A DNA stretch of 43,448 nucleotides from Methylococcaceae bacterium (GCA_028711365.1 JAQTSI010000002.1:1-43448), one strand, 5' to 3'. Positions 15,509 through 25,392 are shown, counted from the first letter of the stretch. Numbers and translations: made by a program. The notes: generated by a model from the sequence alone, not told the origin.

Positions 15509-16129
15509 TTATTTGAGGGATTTCGCAACGGCCTTGCCCTGGCGAATGATTTCCGGCGCATCTTCCGTGAATCCGATGATGGTGGTGGGCTCGTAGGGCA
15601 CGAGTTCGGCGTCGATGATCAAATCCACCTCTCTTTCCAGCCTTTCGCGGATCTCGTAAGGCTCGGACAGGGCCTCTCTCTCTCCCGGCATGATCAAGGT
15701 GGAGCTGAACAAGGGCTCGCCCAACTCCTTGATCAACGCTTGCGCAATCGGGCTGTCGGGGATACGGATGCCGATGGTCTTGCGCTTGGGATGCTGAAGC
15801 CTTCGCGGCACATCCTTGGTGGCCTTGAGGATGAAGGTGAAAGCGCCGGGGGTCAGCGATTTGATCAGGCGAAAGGCTTCGTTGCCGATCTTGGCGAAAG
15901 CCGAAATCTGGGAAAGATCGCGGCAAACCAAGGCGAAGCGATGTTCCTCTCCCAGTTGACGGATGCGCCGTATGCGCTCCAGGGCGTCCTTGTTGTCCAT
16001 CTGGCAGGCGAGGGCATAGGAAGAATCCGTCGGATAGACGATGACTCCCCCCGCGCGGATGATCTCGACGGCTCGCCGAATGAGCCGATCCTGCGGGTTC
16101 TGCGGATGGATTTGAATATATTGCGCCAT
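15509..16129 (-). CDS. yciO: YciO / Sua5-YrdC family (threonylcarbamoyl-AMP synthase-like) protein
   Basis: 206 aa, with VIVYPTDSSYALAC and PGAFTFIL motifs. Confidence 0.8.
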   Translation of the reverse strand: MAQYIQIHPQNPQDRLIRRAVEIIRAGGVIVYPTDSSYALACQMDNKDALERIRRIRQLGEEHRFALVCRDLSQISAFAKIGNEAFRLIKSLTPGAFTFILKATKDVPRRLQHPKRKTIGIRIPDSPIAQALIKELGEPLFSSTLIMPGEREALSEPYEIRERLEREVDLIIDAELVPYEPTTIIGFTEDAPEIIRQGKAVAKSLK

Positions 16130-16168
16130 GGCGTGCTAGTTTACTACAGAAGTGAAGGCGAAAGCGCC

Positions 16169-16295
16169 CCGATGGCCGCAGGGTGTGCGATTCAAAGTGA
16201 TGCCCATCGAAGCCCGCGGGAAGGGCGTCGCTTTGAATCCACCCGGTCGCAGGAATGCTGGGAGATAGCAGCCGTCATGGACGGTTCGCCATCGG
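16169..16295 (+). ncRNA. Candidate structured RNA element (unknown family)
   Basis: A closing helix is formed by CCGATGGC (16169-16176) and GCCATCGG (16288-16295). Inside it is a 17-bp helix, 16189-16205 with 16223-16239, containing two U-G wobbles that pair only on the + strand, extended by GGGTG/CACCC. Small hairpins lie at 16258-16274 and 16272-16284. Confidence 0.3.
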
Positions 16296-16389
16296 CTTGC
16301 CTTTTAAGCTGGGTTTAAGGCTGCAAGCCGAAACTGGCATCCTTGCTGCTTAACATCGGCAATGTGATCCCACGATAAGGCTCATCCTC

Positions 16390-16620
16390 ATGCACAAGGC
16401 AAATCATCATTCTTCGGCGTTTATGGAACTGCAAATCTTGTATGACCGCCTGGAAAAGCCCTACGCGCCAGGCGACATCGTCAGACTGAACTTGGTTTAT
16501 CAGCGGATTTACGGCAGTTTGACCGACGAAGAAAAGCGCCTGGCCGAATACTATGTCGACCAGCTCATCGAAAGCCCCAAGAAAAGGATCTTGCCGCCCG
16601 ACAGGGTCGGAGCCCATTGA
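16390..16620 (+). CDS. Hypothetical small protein (76 aa)
   Basis: ORF only; no motif recognised. Confidence 0.4.
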   Translation: MHKANHHSSAFMELQILYDRLEKPYAPGDIVRLNLVYQRIYGSLTDEEKRLAEYYVDQLIESPKKRILPPDRVGAH

Positions 16621-16720
16621 GGCTTTCTCGCTTCGGGCTTCACTAATCACCGCCAAAACGGTTAAAGTAGGCGCTTCAGGTCCGATCCGTCTGCCGTGAC
16701 CGGGCAAATCCGAACCGATT

Positions 16721-17071
16721 TTGGAGCGAAACATGACCGACTGCCTGTTCTGCAAGATGGTCGCCGGCGACATCAAGCCGGCCGTGGTATACGAAAATGA
16801 TCATATCCTGGCGTTCCGCGACATCCATCCGCAAGCACCCACTCATGTGCTGATCATCCCGAAAATCCATGTCCCCACCCTGGATGAATTGGAGGATCCT
16901 CGGTTGGCGGGAGAATTGTTGATCGCGGCGCGCCAGGTGGCTGCCCAGGAAGGCCTGGCCCTCGATGGCTACCGGACCGTCATCAATTGCCGCGCCAATG
17001 GCGGACAGGAAGTCTATCACCTGCACATACACCTGCTCGGGGGGCGCCGCCTGACTTGGCCACCGGGTTAA
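16721..17071 (+). CDS. Histidine triad (HIT) family nucleotide-binding protein
   Basis: CLFCKMVAG and the HLHIHLLGG histidine triad are present. Confidence 0.85.
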   Translation: MERNMTDCLFCKMVAGDIKPAVVYENDHILAFRDIHPQAPTHVLIIPKIHVPTLDELEDPRLAGELLIAARQVAAQEGLALDGYRTVINCRANGGQEVYHLHIHLLGGRRLTWPPG

Positions 17072-17173
17072 CGCCATACTTTGCCGCCGGGTTTTAATGA
17101 TTTAGAATGCCTGCGCCGCCAATCGGGTCACAGTGCAAACTCTTCACGACAAAGCGCCAAGGTAATCTCATCC

Positions 17174-17788
17174 ATGCGACTGCTTGCCACCTTACTCACC
17201 CTTCTCATGGTCTTCTCTTCGTCCTTGATGGCGGCAGAAGCCCACAAAGCCCATAAGGCGCCCAAAAAAATGACCGAACACAGCATCCAGGTAAAATTCG
17301 AAACCACTCTCGGCAATTTCGTCGTCCAGTTGGACAAGGCCAAAGCCCCTGCCAGCGTGGAAAACTTCCTCTCCTACGTGAAGGAAGGTTTCTATGACGG
17401 CACCGTTTTCCATCGCGTCATACCCGGCTTCATGGCCCAGGGCGGTGGGTTCACCACCGATTACCAGCAAAAACCCACCCACGCCCCGATCAAGAACGAG
17501 GCGGACAATGGCCTGCTCAACAAGCGCGGCTCGATCGCCATGGCTCGCACCAGCGATCCTCACTCGGCCACCGCGCAGTTTTTCATCAATTTCATCGACA
17601 ACGCTTTCCTGAATCACAAGAATCCTAGCCCGCAAGGCTGGGGATATGCGGTATTCGGCGAAGTGGTGGAAGGCATGGACGTCGTGGATGCCATGGGCAA
17701 GACGCCGACCGGCGCCGGCGGTCCATTTCCGACCGATGTGCCGAAGACGCCCATCGTGGTCAACAAGGCCTCGGTGCTGAGCGAATAA
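17174..17788 (+). CDS. ppiA: Periplasmic peptidyl-prolyl cis-trans isomerase (cyclophilin type)
   Basis: It has a signal peptide ([20 protein letters not shown]) and the [15 protein letters not shown] and SIAMAR cyclophilin motifs. Confidence 0.9.
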   Translation: MRLLATLLTLLMVFSSSLMAAEAHKAHKAPKKMTEHSIQVKFETTLGNFVVQLDKAKAPASVENFLSYVKEGFYDGTVFHRVIPGFMAQGGGFTTDYQQKPTHAPIKNEADNGLLNKRGSIAMARTSDPHSATAQFFINFIDNAFLNHKNPSPQGWGYAVFGEVVEGMDVVDAMGKTPTGAGGPFPTDVPKTPIVVNKASVLSE

Positions 17789-17862
17789 TCCCGCAAGCGG
17801 AGAATCATGGCGAGTTCATTCCCCGGCGATCGCGGCATGCTCCGCGGCTTGTGCAATCGGTG

Positions 17863-18588
17863 ATGGCCGAAGCCCTCTTCATCTCCGATCTCCACCTCTG
17901 CGCCGCCCGTCCCGAGAACAGCCGCCGTTTCCTGAACTTCCTCGAGGCGCGCGCGTGGGGCATACAGCGGCTTTATATCCTAGGTGACTTGTTTGATGCC
18001 TATATCGGTGACGACGATCGCTCATCTCCTCATCGTGAGATCAAAATCGCCTTGAGGCGGCTCAGCGATGGCGGAACGGCGGTTTTCTTCCAACACGGCA
18101 ACCGCGATTTCCTGGTGGGCGAAAGGTTCTGTCGCGAGACCGGCGTGAGTCTATTGGACGATTACGCCATCATCGATCTTTACGGCGAGCCGGTCCTGAT
18201 CACCCATGGCGACCTGCTGTGCACCGACGATCTGCTTTACCAGGCCGCCAGGCGCCGCGTCCGCAGCGAGGAATGGAAACGCAAGGCCTTGTCCAAGCCC
18301 CTGTTCATTCGCCAACTCTACGCCCGTTGGTACCGGTTCAAGAGCGGCGTCGACAAGCGCCATAAACCCACCGAGATCATGGATGCCAACCCGGATGCGG
18401 TCATCGAGGCCCTGCGCCGATTCGAAGTCAGCACGCTGATTCACGGGCACACCCACAGGCCGGCGGTGCATGAACTGGAAGTCGATGGAAAACCGGCCCG
18501 GCGGCTGGTATTGGCGGAATGGGATTGCCACGGCTCGGTGCTGGCTTGGAAAGCCGAATCAGGATGGCATAGGGAACGAATCGAATGA
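17863..18588 (+). CDS. lpxH: UDP-2,3-diacylglucosamine diphosphatase
   Basis: LFISDLHL, GDLFD, GNRDF, HGD and HGHTHRP metallophosphoesterase motifs occur in LpxH order. Confidence 0.9.
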   Translation: MAEALFISDLHLCAARPENSRRFLNFLEARAWGIQRLYILGDLFDAYIGDDDRSSPHREIKIALRRLSDGGTAVFFQHGNRDFLVGERFCRETGVSLLDDYAIIDLYGEPVLITHGDLLCTDDLLYQAARRRVRSEEWKRKALSKPLFIRQLYARWYRFKSGVDKRHKPTEIMDANPDAVIEALRRFEVSTLIHGHTHRPAVHELEVDGKPARRLVLAEWDCHGSVLAWKAESGWHRERIE

Positions 18589-18623
18589 CGCTTTTTGCAG
18601 CGGGAACCAATGGTTAGAGAGTA

Positions 18624-20015
18624 ATGATCCAGCAGACTTTGATATTCGACCCTGAATTGATCGGCCGCCACGACCGTCAGGGACCGCGCTACACCTCGTA
18701 TCCGACCGCGGTGCAGTTCGTGGAAAGCTTTGGTGTTCAGGACTATGTGGAGCATGCGAGGCGCACCAACGACGCGGCCCATCCTGCGCCGCTCTCCCTG
18801 TATTTTCATATCCCGTTTTGCGCGACGGTCTGTTATTACTGCGCCTGCAACAAGGTGGTGACGAAGAACCAGGCCCACACGGTCCGTTACCTGCAATGCC
18901 TGCACCGGGAAATCGAAACCCAGGCCAGCCTGTTCGACAACTGTCGGCCGGTCGAGCAATTGCATTGGGGCGGCGGCACGCCCACCTTTCTCGATCAGGC
19001 GCAGATGCAGGCACTGATGGAGCAAACCCGCCGGTATTTTTCCTTGCGGACGGACGACGAGGGTGAATATTCCATCGAAATCGACCCCCGCACCGTCGAT
19101 GCCGAAAAAATTCGCTTCCTGCGTGGGTTGGGATTCAACCGCCTCAGCTTGGGCGTGCAGGATTTCGACCCCACCGTGCAGCGCGCCGTCAACCGCATCC
19201 AGTCGCAGGAACAGACCCTAGGCATCATCGATGCTGCCCGCGCCACTGGATTCAAGTCCATCAGCGTGGATCTCATCTACGGCCTGCCTCACCAGAGCGT
19301 CGACAGCTTCGATCGCACCGTCGATCGCGTCATCGAGTCCGGCCCGGATCGCGTTTCGGTGTTCAATTACGCCCACCTGCCGCATATGTTCAAGACCCAG
19401 CGGCAGATCGACGAAACCGCCCTGCCGCCTGCCAAGGAAAAGTTGCAGATCCTCCAGCACGCCATCGAGCATCTGACCGGGGCCGGTTATGTTTACATCG
19501 GCATGGACCATTTCGCCAAGCCCGATGATGAACTGGCACTAGCCCAACGAGAAGGCCACCTGTCGCGCAATTTCCAGGGTTACGCCACCCACGGTCATTG
19601 CGACATCGTGGGGTTGGGGGTCAGCGCCATCGGCCGTGTCGGCAGCAGTTACAATCAAAACGAGCGCGACTTGGAGCGTTACCAGGAACGCATCGAAAAT
19701 GAGGGGCTGGCGGTGTTTCGTGGCGTCGAACTGAGTCCGGATGACGAATTGCGCCGCGCCATCATCAACCAGCTCATTTGCCACTTTCAATTGCGTTTCG
19801 CCGAATTCGAAGCCCGCTATGGCATCGACTTCGGCGCCTATTTCGGCCCCGAACTGGAGAAGTTGGCCGATCTGGAAGGTGATGGCTTGCTGGCTTTGGA
19901 CGCCGGCGGCATCGCCGTCAAACCCGCCGGGCGGCTGTTGATCCGCAACCTCTGCATGGTCTTCGATCGTTACCTGCGCGATGGCGGCAGCGCCCGTTTC
20001 TCCAAGGTGATCTAG
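18624..20015 (+). CDS. hemN: Oxygen-independent coproporphyrinogen III oxidase (radical SAM)
   Basis: YFHIPFCATVCYYCAC is the CxxxCxxC cluster motif. The ORF also has GPRYTSYPTA and a length of 463 aa. Confidence 0.9.
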   Translation: MIQQTLIFDPELIGRHDRQGPRYTSYPTAVQFVESFGVQDYVEHARRTNDAAHPAPLSLYFHIPFCATVCYYCACNKVVTKNQAHTVRYLQCLHREIETQASLFDNCRPVEQLHWGGGTPTFLDQAQMQALMEQTRRYFSLRTDDEGEYSIEIDPRTVDAEKIRFLRGLGFNRLSLGVQDFDPTVQRAVNRIQSQEQTLGIIDAARATGFKSISVDLIYGLPHQSVDSFDRTVDRVIESGPDRVSVFNYAHLPHMFKTQRQIDETALPPAKEKLQILQHAIEHLTGAGYVYIGMDHFAKPDDELALAQREGHLSRNFQGYATHGHCDIVGLGVSAIGRVGSSYNQNERDLERYQERIENEGLAVFRGVELSPDDELRRAIINQLICHFQLRFAEFEARYGIDFGAYFGPELEKLADLEGDGLLALDAGGIAVKPAGRLLIRNLCMVFDRYLRDGGSARFSKVI

Positions 20016-20223
20016 CAGCGGGAAAGGCGTTCTGAGGATATGGCTGAAAACGACTTCCCTGATCGATCGAAACTTTCGTTCAAAGTACCGTCATGCCGGC
20101 AGGGAAGGGCCGTTGGAGTGGGAACGAACCCCTGCGGATTGGGCTGATGGTGCTTTAGTCGGGGCAGGATTCATGAATGTATCCCATGCCGCAAGGACGA
20201 AGAGCCTTCCATGAAGTGGAGGG

Positions 20224-20476
20224 TTCCCCCCAACATTTTTCGTCCTCCCCAAATGTTTTGGGGGACGCACAAAAACATTTCCCCCGCTCCCAGGAACTTT
20301 TAAGGGACTCCCTAAAACTTTTTCCCTGCTCCCCAAAACTTTTAGGGGGCTCCCCGAGACATTTTCCCCATTCCCAAAAACTTTTAGGGGACTCCCCAAG
20401 ACTTTTTCCGCTCTCCCCGAAGGCTTTGGGGAACGCCCTAATGTTTTTTCCGCCTTCCCTGGAATTTTCGGGGATT
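20224..20476. repeat. Tandem array: 6 copies of a 42-bp unit; each unit is two related 21-mers, one CCCC..CCCC type and one palindromic CCCC..GGGG type
   Basis: Palindromic half-units start at 20245, 20287, 20329, 20371, 20413 and 20455, with an exact 42-bp period (e.g. CTCCCCAAAACTTTTAGGGGG). They alternate with units such as CTCCCCGAGACATTTTCCCCA. ORFs are open on both strands across the array. Confidence 0.85.
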
Positions 20477-20505
20477 GCCCAAGCGAGAACCGCGGCTACG
20501 GAAAC

Positions 20506-20706
20506 TTAGAAATCGCCGGTATTTTGGAGGGCGCAGAGAATTTCTCTTTCCGCTTCTACCCAATCCTCTTCTTCGAAACCGGGCTCGAAACCTCTCTTTT
20601 GGGCTCGGTAATAGGCGGCTTCGGCGATTCTGCGCTGCAGGATCGCTTTCTCGACTTCGATCAAAGTCGCGGCGCTATCCGTGCCATTGGTTTTTATCGT
20701 AGTCAT
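20506..20706 (-). CDS. DUF2934-like small protein
   Basis: IAEAAYYRAQKRGFEPGFEEEDWVEAEREI matches the A-Y-x-x-x-x-x-R-G...D-W-x-x-A-E pattern of DUF2934. Confidence 0.6.
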   Translation of the reverse strand: MTTIKTNGTDSAATLIEVEKAILQRRIAEAAYYRAQKRGFEPGFEEEDWVEAEREILCALQNTGDF

Positions 20707-20892
20707 GGAAATTCACCTCGAAAAGCAATGTTGTAGCCGGCAAAATCATTACGTTTGATCAAGTGATTTGGCAGCCGATTGATCCCTGCGATCGACAGTC
20801 TTCGAAACCCGGTGCTTGGCGCTGAGATTACCCATGTTTAACTTCAGTGTAAACCCTGCCGCCACTTTCAGCGACGAGTACACACATTCCAT

Positions 20893-21990
20893 CTAGACCA
20901 CGATCAACATGTTATCCAAGGCCAATTTAGCCTCCCGCGCCACCTCCTCGGGTACCTTGATGCGGTTCACCACATGGCCTGCCGTCAGGTTTTCCAATAC
21001 CCAAGCCAGATGTTGGGGGTCGGTGCGGAACATGGTGGAACACATACACAAAGTAGGCGACATGAAATGCACATTCTTGCCCTGGTGTTTCACTTCCTCG
21101 TGCAGGCGATTGACCAGGTTCAACTCGGTCGCCACCAGCCAACGGGTATTGGGCGCGCCCTCGCGGACGATTTTCAGGATGGATTCGGTAGAGCCGATGT
21201 AGTCGGATTTCTCGCACACCTCGAAACAGGCCTCCGGGTGAGAGACGACTAGAGTTTCCGGATATTGTTCCTTGAAGCGGTCGATGTGTTCGGGCTGGAA
21301 CATCTGGTGCACCGAACAGAAACCTTTCCACAGGATGATCTTTGCCCGCTCGATCTGCTGCGGGGTCAGACCGCCCAAGGGCTGGGTGAAGTCCCACAGC
21401 ACCATTTCCTCCAGGGGGATACCCATCCGGTAGCCGGTGTTCCGCCCCAGATGCTGGTCGGGGAAGAACAGTACTTTTTCCTTGCGGGCGAAACTCCATT
21501 CCAGGATTTTGCCGGCGTTGCTGGAAGTGCAGACGATGCCCTCATGGCGGCCGCAGAAGGCTTTGAGATCGGCAGCAGAGTTGATATAGGTGAGCGGGGT
21601 GATGGTGGTTTCCGGGTCCAGAATCTGGGCCAGCTCCTTCCAGCAACGCTCGACATTGATCAGATTGGCCATATCCGCCATGGAGCAGCCGGCGGCCAGA
21701 TCGGGCAGGATGGCGATTTGATTCGGGCGGGAGAGAATATCCGCCACTTCGGCCATGAAATGCACGCCGCAGAAGACGATGTATTCGGCTTGCGATTGTG
21801 CCGCCAGCCGGGACAGCTTGAGGGAGTCGCCGGTGAAATCGGCGTGGCGGAATACCTCGTCACGCTGGTAATGGTGGCCTAAGACCACGCAACGGCCGCC
21901 GAGCTTTTCCTTGGCGGCACCGATGCGCGCATCGCACTCGGCGTCGTCCAGCAGGGCGAATTGCTCGAAGGGTAGGGGATTAGCACTCAT
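20893..21990 (-). CDS. nadA: Quinolinate synthase
   Basis: VLGHHYQRDEV, FCGVHFMAE, CSMADMA and CSVHQ motifs are present. Start taken at MSANPLPFEQ (21990); the track ORF extends to 22035. Confidence 0.9.
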   Translation of the reverse strand: MSANPLPFEQFALLDDAECDARIGAAKEKLGGRCVVLGHHYQRDEVFRHADFTGDSLKLSRLAAQSQAEYIVFCGVHFMAEVADILSRPNQIAILPDLAAGCSMADMANLINVERCWKELAQILDPETTITPLTYINSAADLKAFCGRHEGIVCTSSNAGKILEWSFARKEKVLFFPDQHLGRNTGYRMGIPLEEMVLWDFTQPLGGLTPQQIERAKIILWKGFCSVHQMFQPEHIDRFKEQYPETLVVSHPEACFEVCEKSDYIGSTESILKIVREGAPNTRWLVATELNLVNRLHEEVKHQGKNVHFMSPTLCMCSTMFRTDPQHLAWVLENLTAGHVVNRIKVPEEVAREAKLALDNMLIVV

Positions 21991-22077
21991 GGGGAAAACC
22001 GAAAGGATAGGAAGCTGAAAAGAATAACATATCATCGCATTGCCAATGACCGCCAGTGAATTGCTCCGAAATGGATG

Positions 22078-23307
22078 CTAACGCGGGGAGAAAACCAAGT
22101 ATCCCCCCAATCCCACCATGACCAATCCGCTGATCAGTTTCAGCCAGCGTCCTTCCTTCTCCTGCAACCGTCTCTGGCTGAGGGTGATGACGCCGATGCC
22201 GAGGATGACGATGTCGTCGAGCATATAAGCCAGGTTGTACAGTAGCAGATAACCGTAATAGCCGAACAGGCTGGGCTCATGAAGGGTGAGGATGCGGGTA
22301 TAGAGGGCGGGGAATCCGGAAGTGCAGAGAAACTCCACGATCTGTACCAGCACGGCCAATATCACCGCGCCGACGATCGCTCCGGCGAGATGCTTCGCCT
22401 GCAGGATGTTACGAATCCGCGCGTAGATCCCCGGCTTGGCGGATTTCGGTATGGACAGCGAAACGCCGAAACCGAAGGCCCAGAAATCCTTGAGATTGAT
22501 CGTCCCGGCCAGGATGGCGATGGCGGCGATGACCAACTCGGAGGTACGCGACAGACCGATGAACAGGAACAGATTGAGCCAGGCCGCCATGAACACGAAA
22601 TAGGCGATGCCCTCCACGGCGACGAAAGTCCCGGCTATCGCCAGCATCCGGCCCCGGTCGTTCATCGGCGCCAGCAGGGAAATCATCAGGATCAAGACCC
22701 ACATGGAGCAGGGGTTGAAACCGTCCAGTAGCCCCATGGCCAGGGTGAAGGCGGGCAGGCCAATCTCATCCAGCGACAGCTTATGGCCCAAAAAGTCGAT
22801 GGCAAAACTTTCCGGTTGGCTCTCGGCGCTGGGCGCGGACGGTTCCGGCTTGCAACTCAGGCTCTCCTCCGCCTCGCAGCTACCCGAGGCATCCGCCGAC
22901 GGTGCGGCTTGTCTTCGCGGATGGCTCAGGGCATCGTGAATGAGCCTGCCGGTGGTGAGTTCGTCGGAATAGCCCAGGATCAATTGTCCACCGACGGCGA
23001 AGGCCGGCACCCTGGCCGATGGGATCTTGAGGCGTTCGGCGATTCGCTTCAATCGGTCCAAAGTGTCAGGATCCTGGCTCACATCATGGATCACGATATG
23101 CAGTTGAGGGCGTTCCTGTTTTAATTGGTCGAGGAATTCCTCGGCTTTGGCGCAATGGGGGCAACCCTCGCGCACGAAAACCTCGATATCGGGCATAGTC
23201 TCGGCGACTTCGGCGTTTCGCCCCATTGCCGTTTCGGCCAGGGTAGGGCAGGTCACGATCAGCCCTATACAGCACAGGCAGGTCGCCAGGAATTTGAGTC
23301 TTGTCAT
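22078..23307 (-). CDS. Secreted glutaredoxin/thioredoxin-fold domain (CPHC) fused to a polytopic membrane domain (DsbD/CcdA-like NPC motif)
   Basis: It has a signal peptide, then VFVREGCPHCAKAEEFL...VPAFAVGGQLILGYSD, then about 6 TM segments with GFNPCSMWVL. Confidence 0.6.
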   Translation of the reverse strand: MTRLKFLATCLCCIGLIVTCPTLAETAMGRNAEVAETMPDIEVFVREGCPHCAKAEEFLDQLKQERPQLHIVIHDVSQDPDTLDRLKRIAERLKIPSARVPAFAVGGQLILGYSDELTTGRLIHDALSHPRRQAAPSADASGSCEAEESLSCKPEPSAPSAESQPESFAIDFLGHKLSLDEIGLPAFTLAMGLLDGFNPCSMWVLILMISLLAPMNDRGRMLAIAGTFVAVEGIAYFVFMAAWLNLFLFIGLSRTSELVIAAIAILAGTINLKDFWAFGFGVSLSIPKSAKPGIYARIRNILQAKHLAGAIVGAVILAVLVQIVEFLCTSGFPALYTRILTLHEPSLFGYYGYLLLYNLAYMLDDIVILGIGVITLSQRRLQEKEGRWLKLISGLVMVGLGGYLVFSPR

Positions 23308-23488
23308 GGTTTATCAGATCTTGCTCGGACGATGAAAAAGCGATGGATACGGTGACCGATATTCTATCGTTCAATGGTGACTGGATGTCATCAACAAGTC
23401 ATTTCATCTTCCCGGCTATCGTGTACACTTCGGCCCAGCGGACCTTGGTTTATGGTAGCCGTTCCTTATCACTTATTTAGCGGAGAAA

Positions 23489-24961
23489 ATGTCCATGGCG
23501 GAATTAGCCGAATATGTCGAGGGTCTTCCCAATATCTGCGGCCAGGAGGCCGAATTAGAGGCGGTTCTCAAACAGCGGCCGGATACGGTTTATGCTCACG
23601 AACGGCGCATTCCCTTCGGTCAGATCAAGAGCGCCTGCGCCATCGCTTTACACATGCATCAGCCCTTGATCCCGGCCGGGGGAGGCGATCTGCATACGGC
23701 GGGGATCATCAGCAATCTCCAATACATGATGGAACATCAGGGCATCGGCGACAACCACAATGCCCCGGTATTCCACTGGTGTTACAAGCGTATCGGCGAA
23801 TTCGTCCCGCAATTGATCCATGAAGGCAAACAGCCCAGGGTCATGCTGGAATACTCGGGAACCCTGTTCCATGGGCTGCGGAAGATGGGCCTCAACGATG
23901 TGTTCGATAGCCTGAAAACCATCACCTGCAACCCCGATTACCGCCATGCCATGGAATGGCTGGGGGCGCCTTGGGGCCATGCCGTCGCCCCTTCCACCCC
24001 GGCGCAGGATTTCAGGCTGCATGTGAAAGCCTGGCAGCATCATTTCGCCGCCATTTTCGGCAAGGAAGCTTTGGCCCGGGTCAGAGGATTCTCGCCCTCG
24101 GAAATGGCCCTGCCCAATCACCCGGATGTGGCCTATGAATACATCAAGACCCTGCGCGATTGCGGTTTCACCTGGCTGTTGGTGCAGGAACATTCCGTCG
24201 AGCGGCCGGAAAATGGCCAGGGCCCTGAGCGCAAACATTTGCCCCATCGCCTGGTTTGCCAAAACTCCAAGGGCGAGAGCATAGACATCATCGCCATCAT
24301 CAAGACCCAGGGCAGCGACACCAAACTGGTGGCGCAAATGCAGCCTTATTACGAAGCCAAGAGCCTGTCGCGCTGGGAGTTGGCCGGCAAGAGCGTGCCT
24401 CCTCTGGTCACGCAGATCGCCGATGGCGAGAACGGCGGGGTGATGATGAACGAGTTCCCGCCCAAATTCATGGAAGTGGCGCGCGAATCCACCGGGTCCG
24501 ATTCGCCGATGATGAATGTCACCGAATACCTGGAATACCTGTTTGCGATGGGAATCAAGGAGAGCGATTTCTCGGTGATTCAGCCGATCCACCAGAAAGC
24601 CATCTGGGATCGTTTCACGCCGGGTGAAGGTCCGGACAAACTGAAGCAGACCATCGAGGACCTGCGCCAGCACGACCATCGCTTCCACATGGAAGGCGGC
24701 AGTTGGACCAACGATATTTCCTGGGTGAGAGGCTATGACAATGTGTTAGGTCCCATGGAAGACGCCAGTTCACTGTTCTATGAGAAGATTCTCAAGCCCG
24801 GCATTGCCACCCATGACCCGCGCTATCGCAATGCCTTGTTCCATCTGATGACCGCGCAGACCAGTTGCTATCGCTACTGGGGCCAGGGGCTTTGGACCGA
24901 TTACGGCAGGGAGATCTGCCGCAGGACCATGGAGATCCTGCAGCATGATTTCCAGCGTTAG
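23489..24961 (+). CDS. Glycoside hydrolase family 57 protein
   Basis: ALHMHQP near the N-terminus and the overall length fit GH57. A GGAG RBS is present. Confidence 0.7.
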   Translation: MSMAELAEYVEGLPNICGQEAELEAVLKQRPDTVYAHERRIPFGQIKSACAIALHMHQPLIPAGGGDLHTAGIISNLQYMMEHQGIGDNHNAPVFHWCYKRIGEFVPQLIHEGKQPRVMLEYSGTLFHGLRKMGLNDVFDSLKTITCNPDYRHAMEWLGAPWGHAVAPSTPAQDFRLHVKAWQHHFAAIFGKEALARVRGFSPSEMALPNHPDVAYEYIKTLRDCGFTWLLVQEHSVERPENGQGPERKHLPHRLVCQNSKGESIDIIAIIKTQGSDTKLVAQMQPYYEAKSLSRWELAGKSVPPLVTQIADGENGGVMMNEFPPKFMEVARESTGSDSPMMNVTEYLEYLFAMGIKESDFSVIQPIHQKAIWDRFTPGEGPDKLKQTIEDLRQHDHRFHMEGGSWTNDISWVRGYDNVLGPMEDASSLFYEKILKPGIATHDPRYRNALFHLMTAQTSCYRYWGQGLWTDYGREICRRTMEILQHDFQR

Positions 24962-25392
24962 CTATCCGGTGCGTGACGGAAACCGATCGCGATTCGGTTC
25001 CAGGCATTGATCAAGGCGACGGCATGGGTCAGATCGACGATCTCCGGGTCGTTGAAATGCGTTGAGAGGGCGGCAAAGACCTCGTCCGGGGCGTGAGTCG
25101 ATGCGATATGGGTGAGCGACTCCGTCCAGGCAAGGGCCGCCTTCTCCCGTTCAGTGAAAAAAGGCGACTCCCTCCAAGCCGCCAGGGTGTCCAGCCGGGC
25201 ATCGAGTTCGCCGGCCCGGCGCAGATCCTGGGCGTGCAAGCGTACGCAGTAGGAGCAGCCGTTGATCTGCGACACGCGCAGGAACAGCAGGTCCGCCAGT
25301 TTGGGATCGAGCACGCCGTGGGCGAGATAGTCGTTGACTTGGGCCAGCATTTTGACCGGCTGCGGGGCGATGGAACAATAGTCGAGTCTCAT
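24958..25392 (-). CDS. Carboxymuconolactone decarboxylase / AhpD-like family protein
   Basis: The QINGCSYCVRLH CxxC motif is present. Confidence 0.75.
   Translation of the reverse strand: MRLDYCSIAPQPVKMLAQVNDYLAHGVLDPKLADLLFLRVSQINGCSYCVRLHAQDLRRAGELDARLDTLAAWRESPFFTEREKAALAWTESLTHIASTHAPDEVFAALSTHFNDPEIVDLTHAVALINAWNRIAIGFRHAPDS

Noticed and set aside
15104-16318. 404-aa + strand ORF
   Set aside because: It is antisense to the well-supported M50 protease and yciO genes. Its composition is low-complexity and G/H/Q/D-rich, typical of shadow ORFs in GC-rich DNA. It has no motifs.
20224-20476. CRISPR array
   Set aside because: There are no unique spacers. Every 21-bp segment is itself a repeat variant. 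No cas genes are nearby.
20091-20509. ORFs on both strands across the 42-bp repeat array, as protein-coding genes
   Set aside because: Both strands are open simply because the 42-bp period is a multiple of 3 and the unit lacks stops. There is no RBS or recognisable protein family. I kept the locus as a repeat finding rather than a CDS.
21265-21882. 205-aa + strand ORF
   Set aside because: It is antisense to nadA, which has strong motifs. It is a shadow ORF.
23648-24688. 346-aa minus-strand ORF
   Set aside because: It lies entirely antisense to the GH57 gene, which has a clear family signature. It is a shadow ORF.
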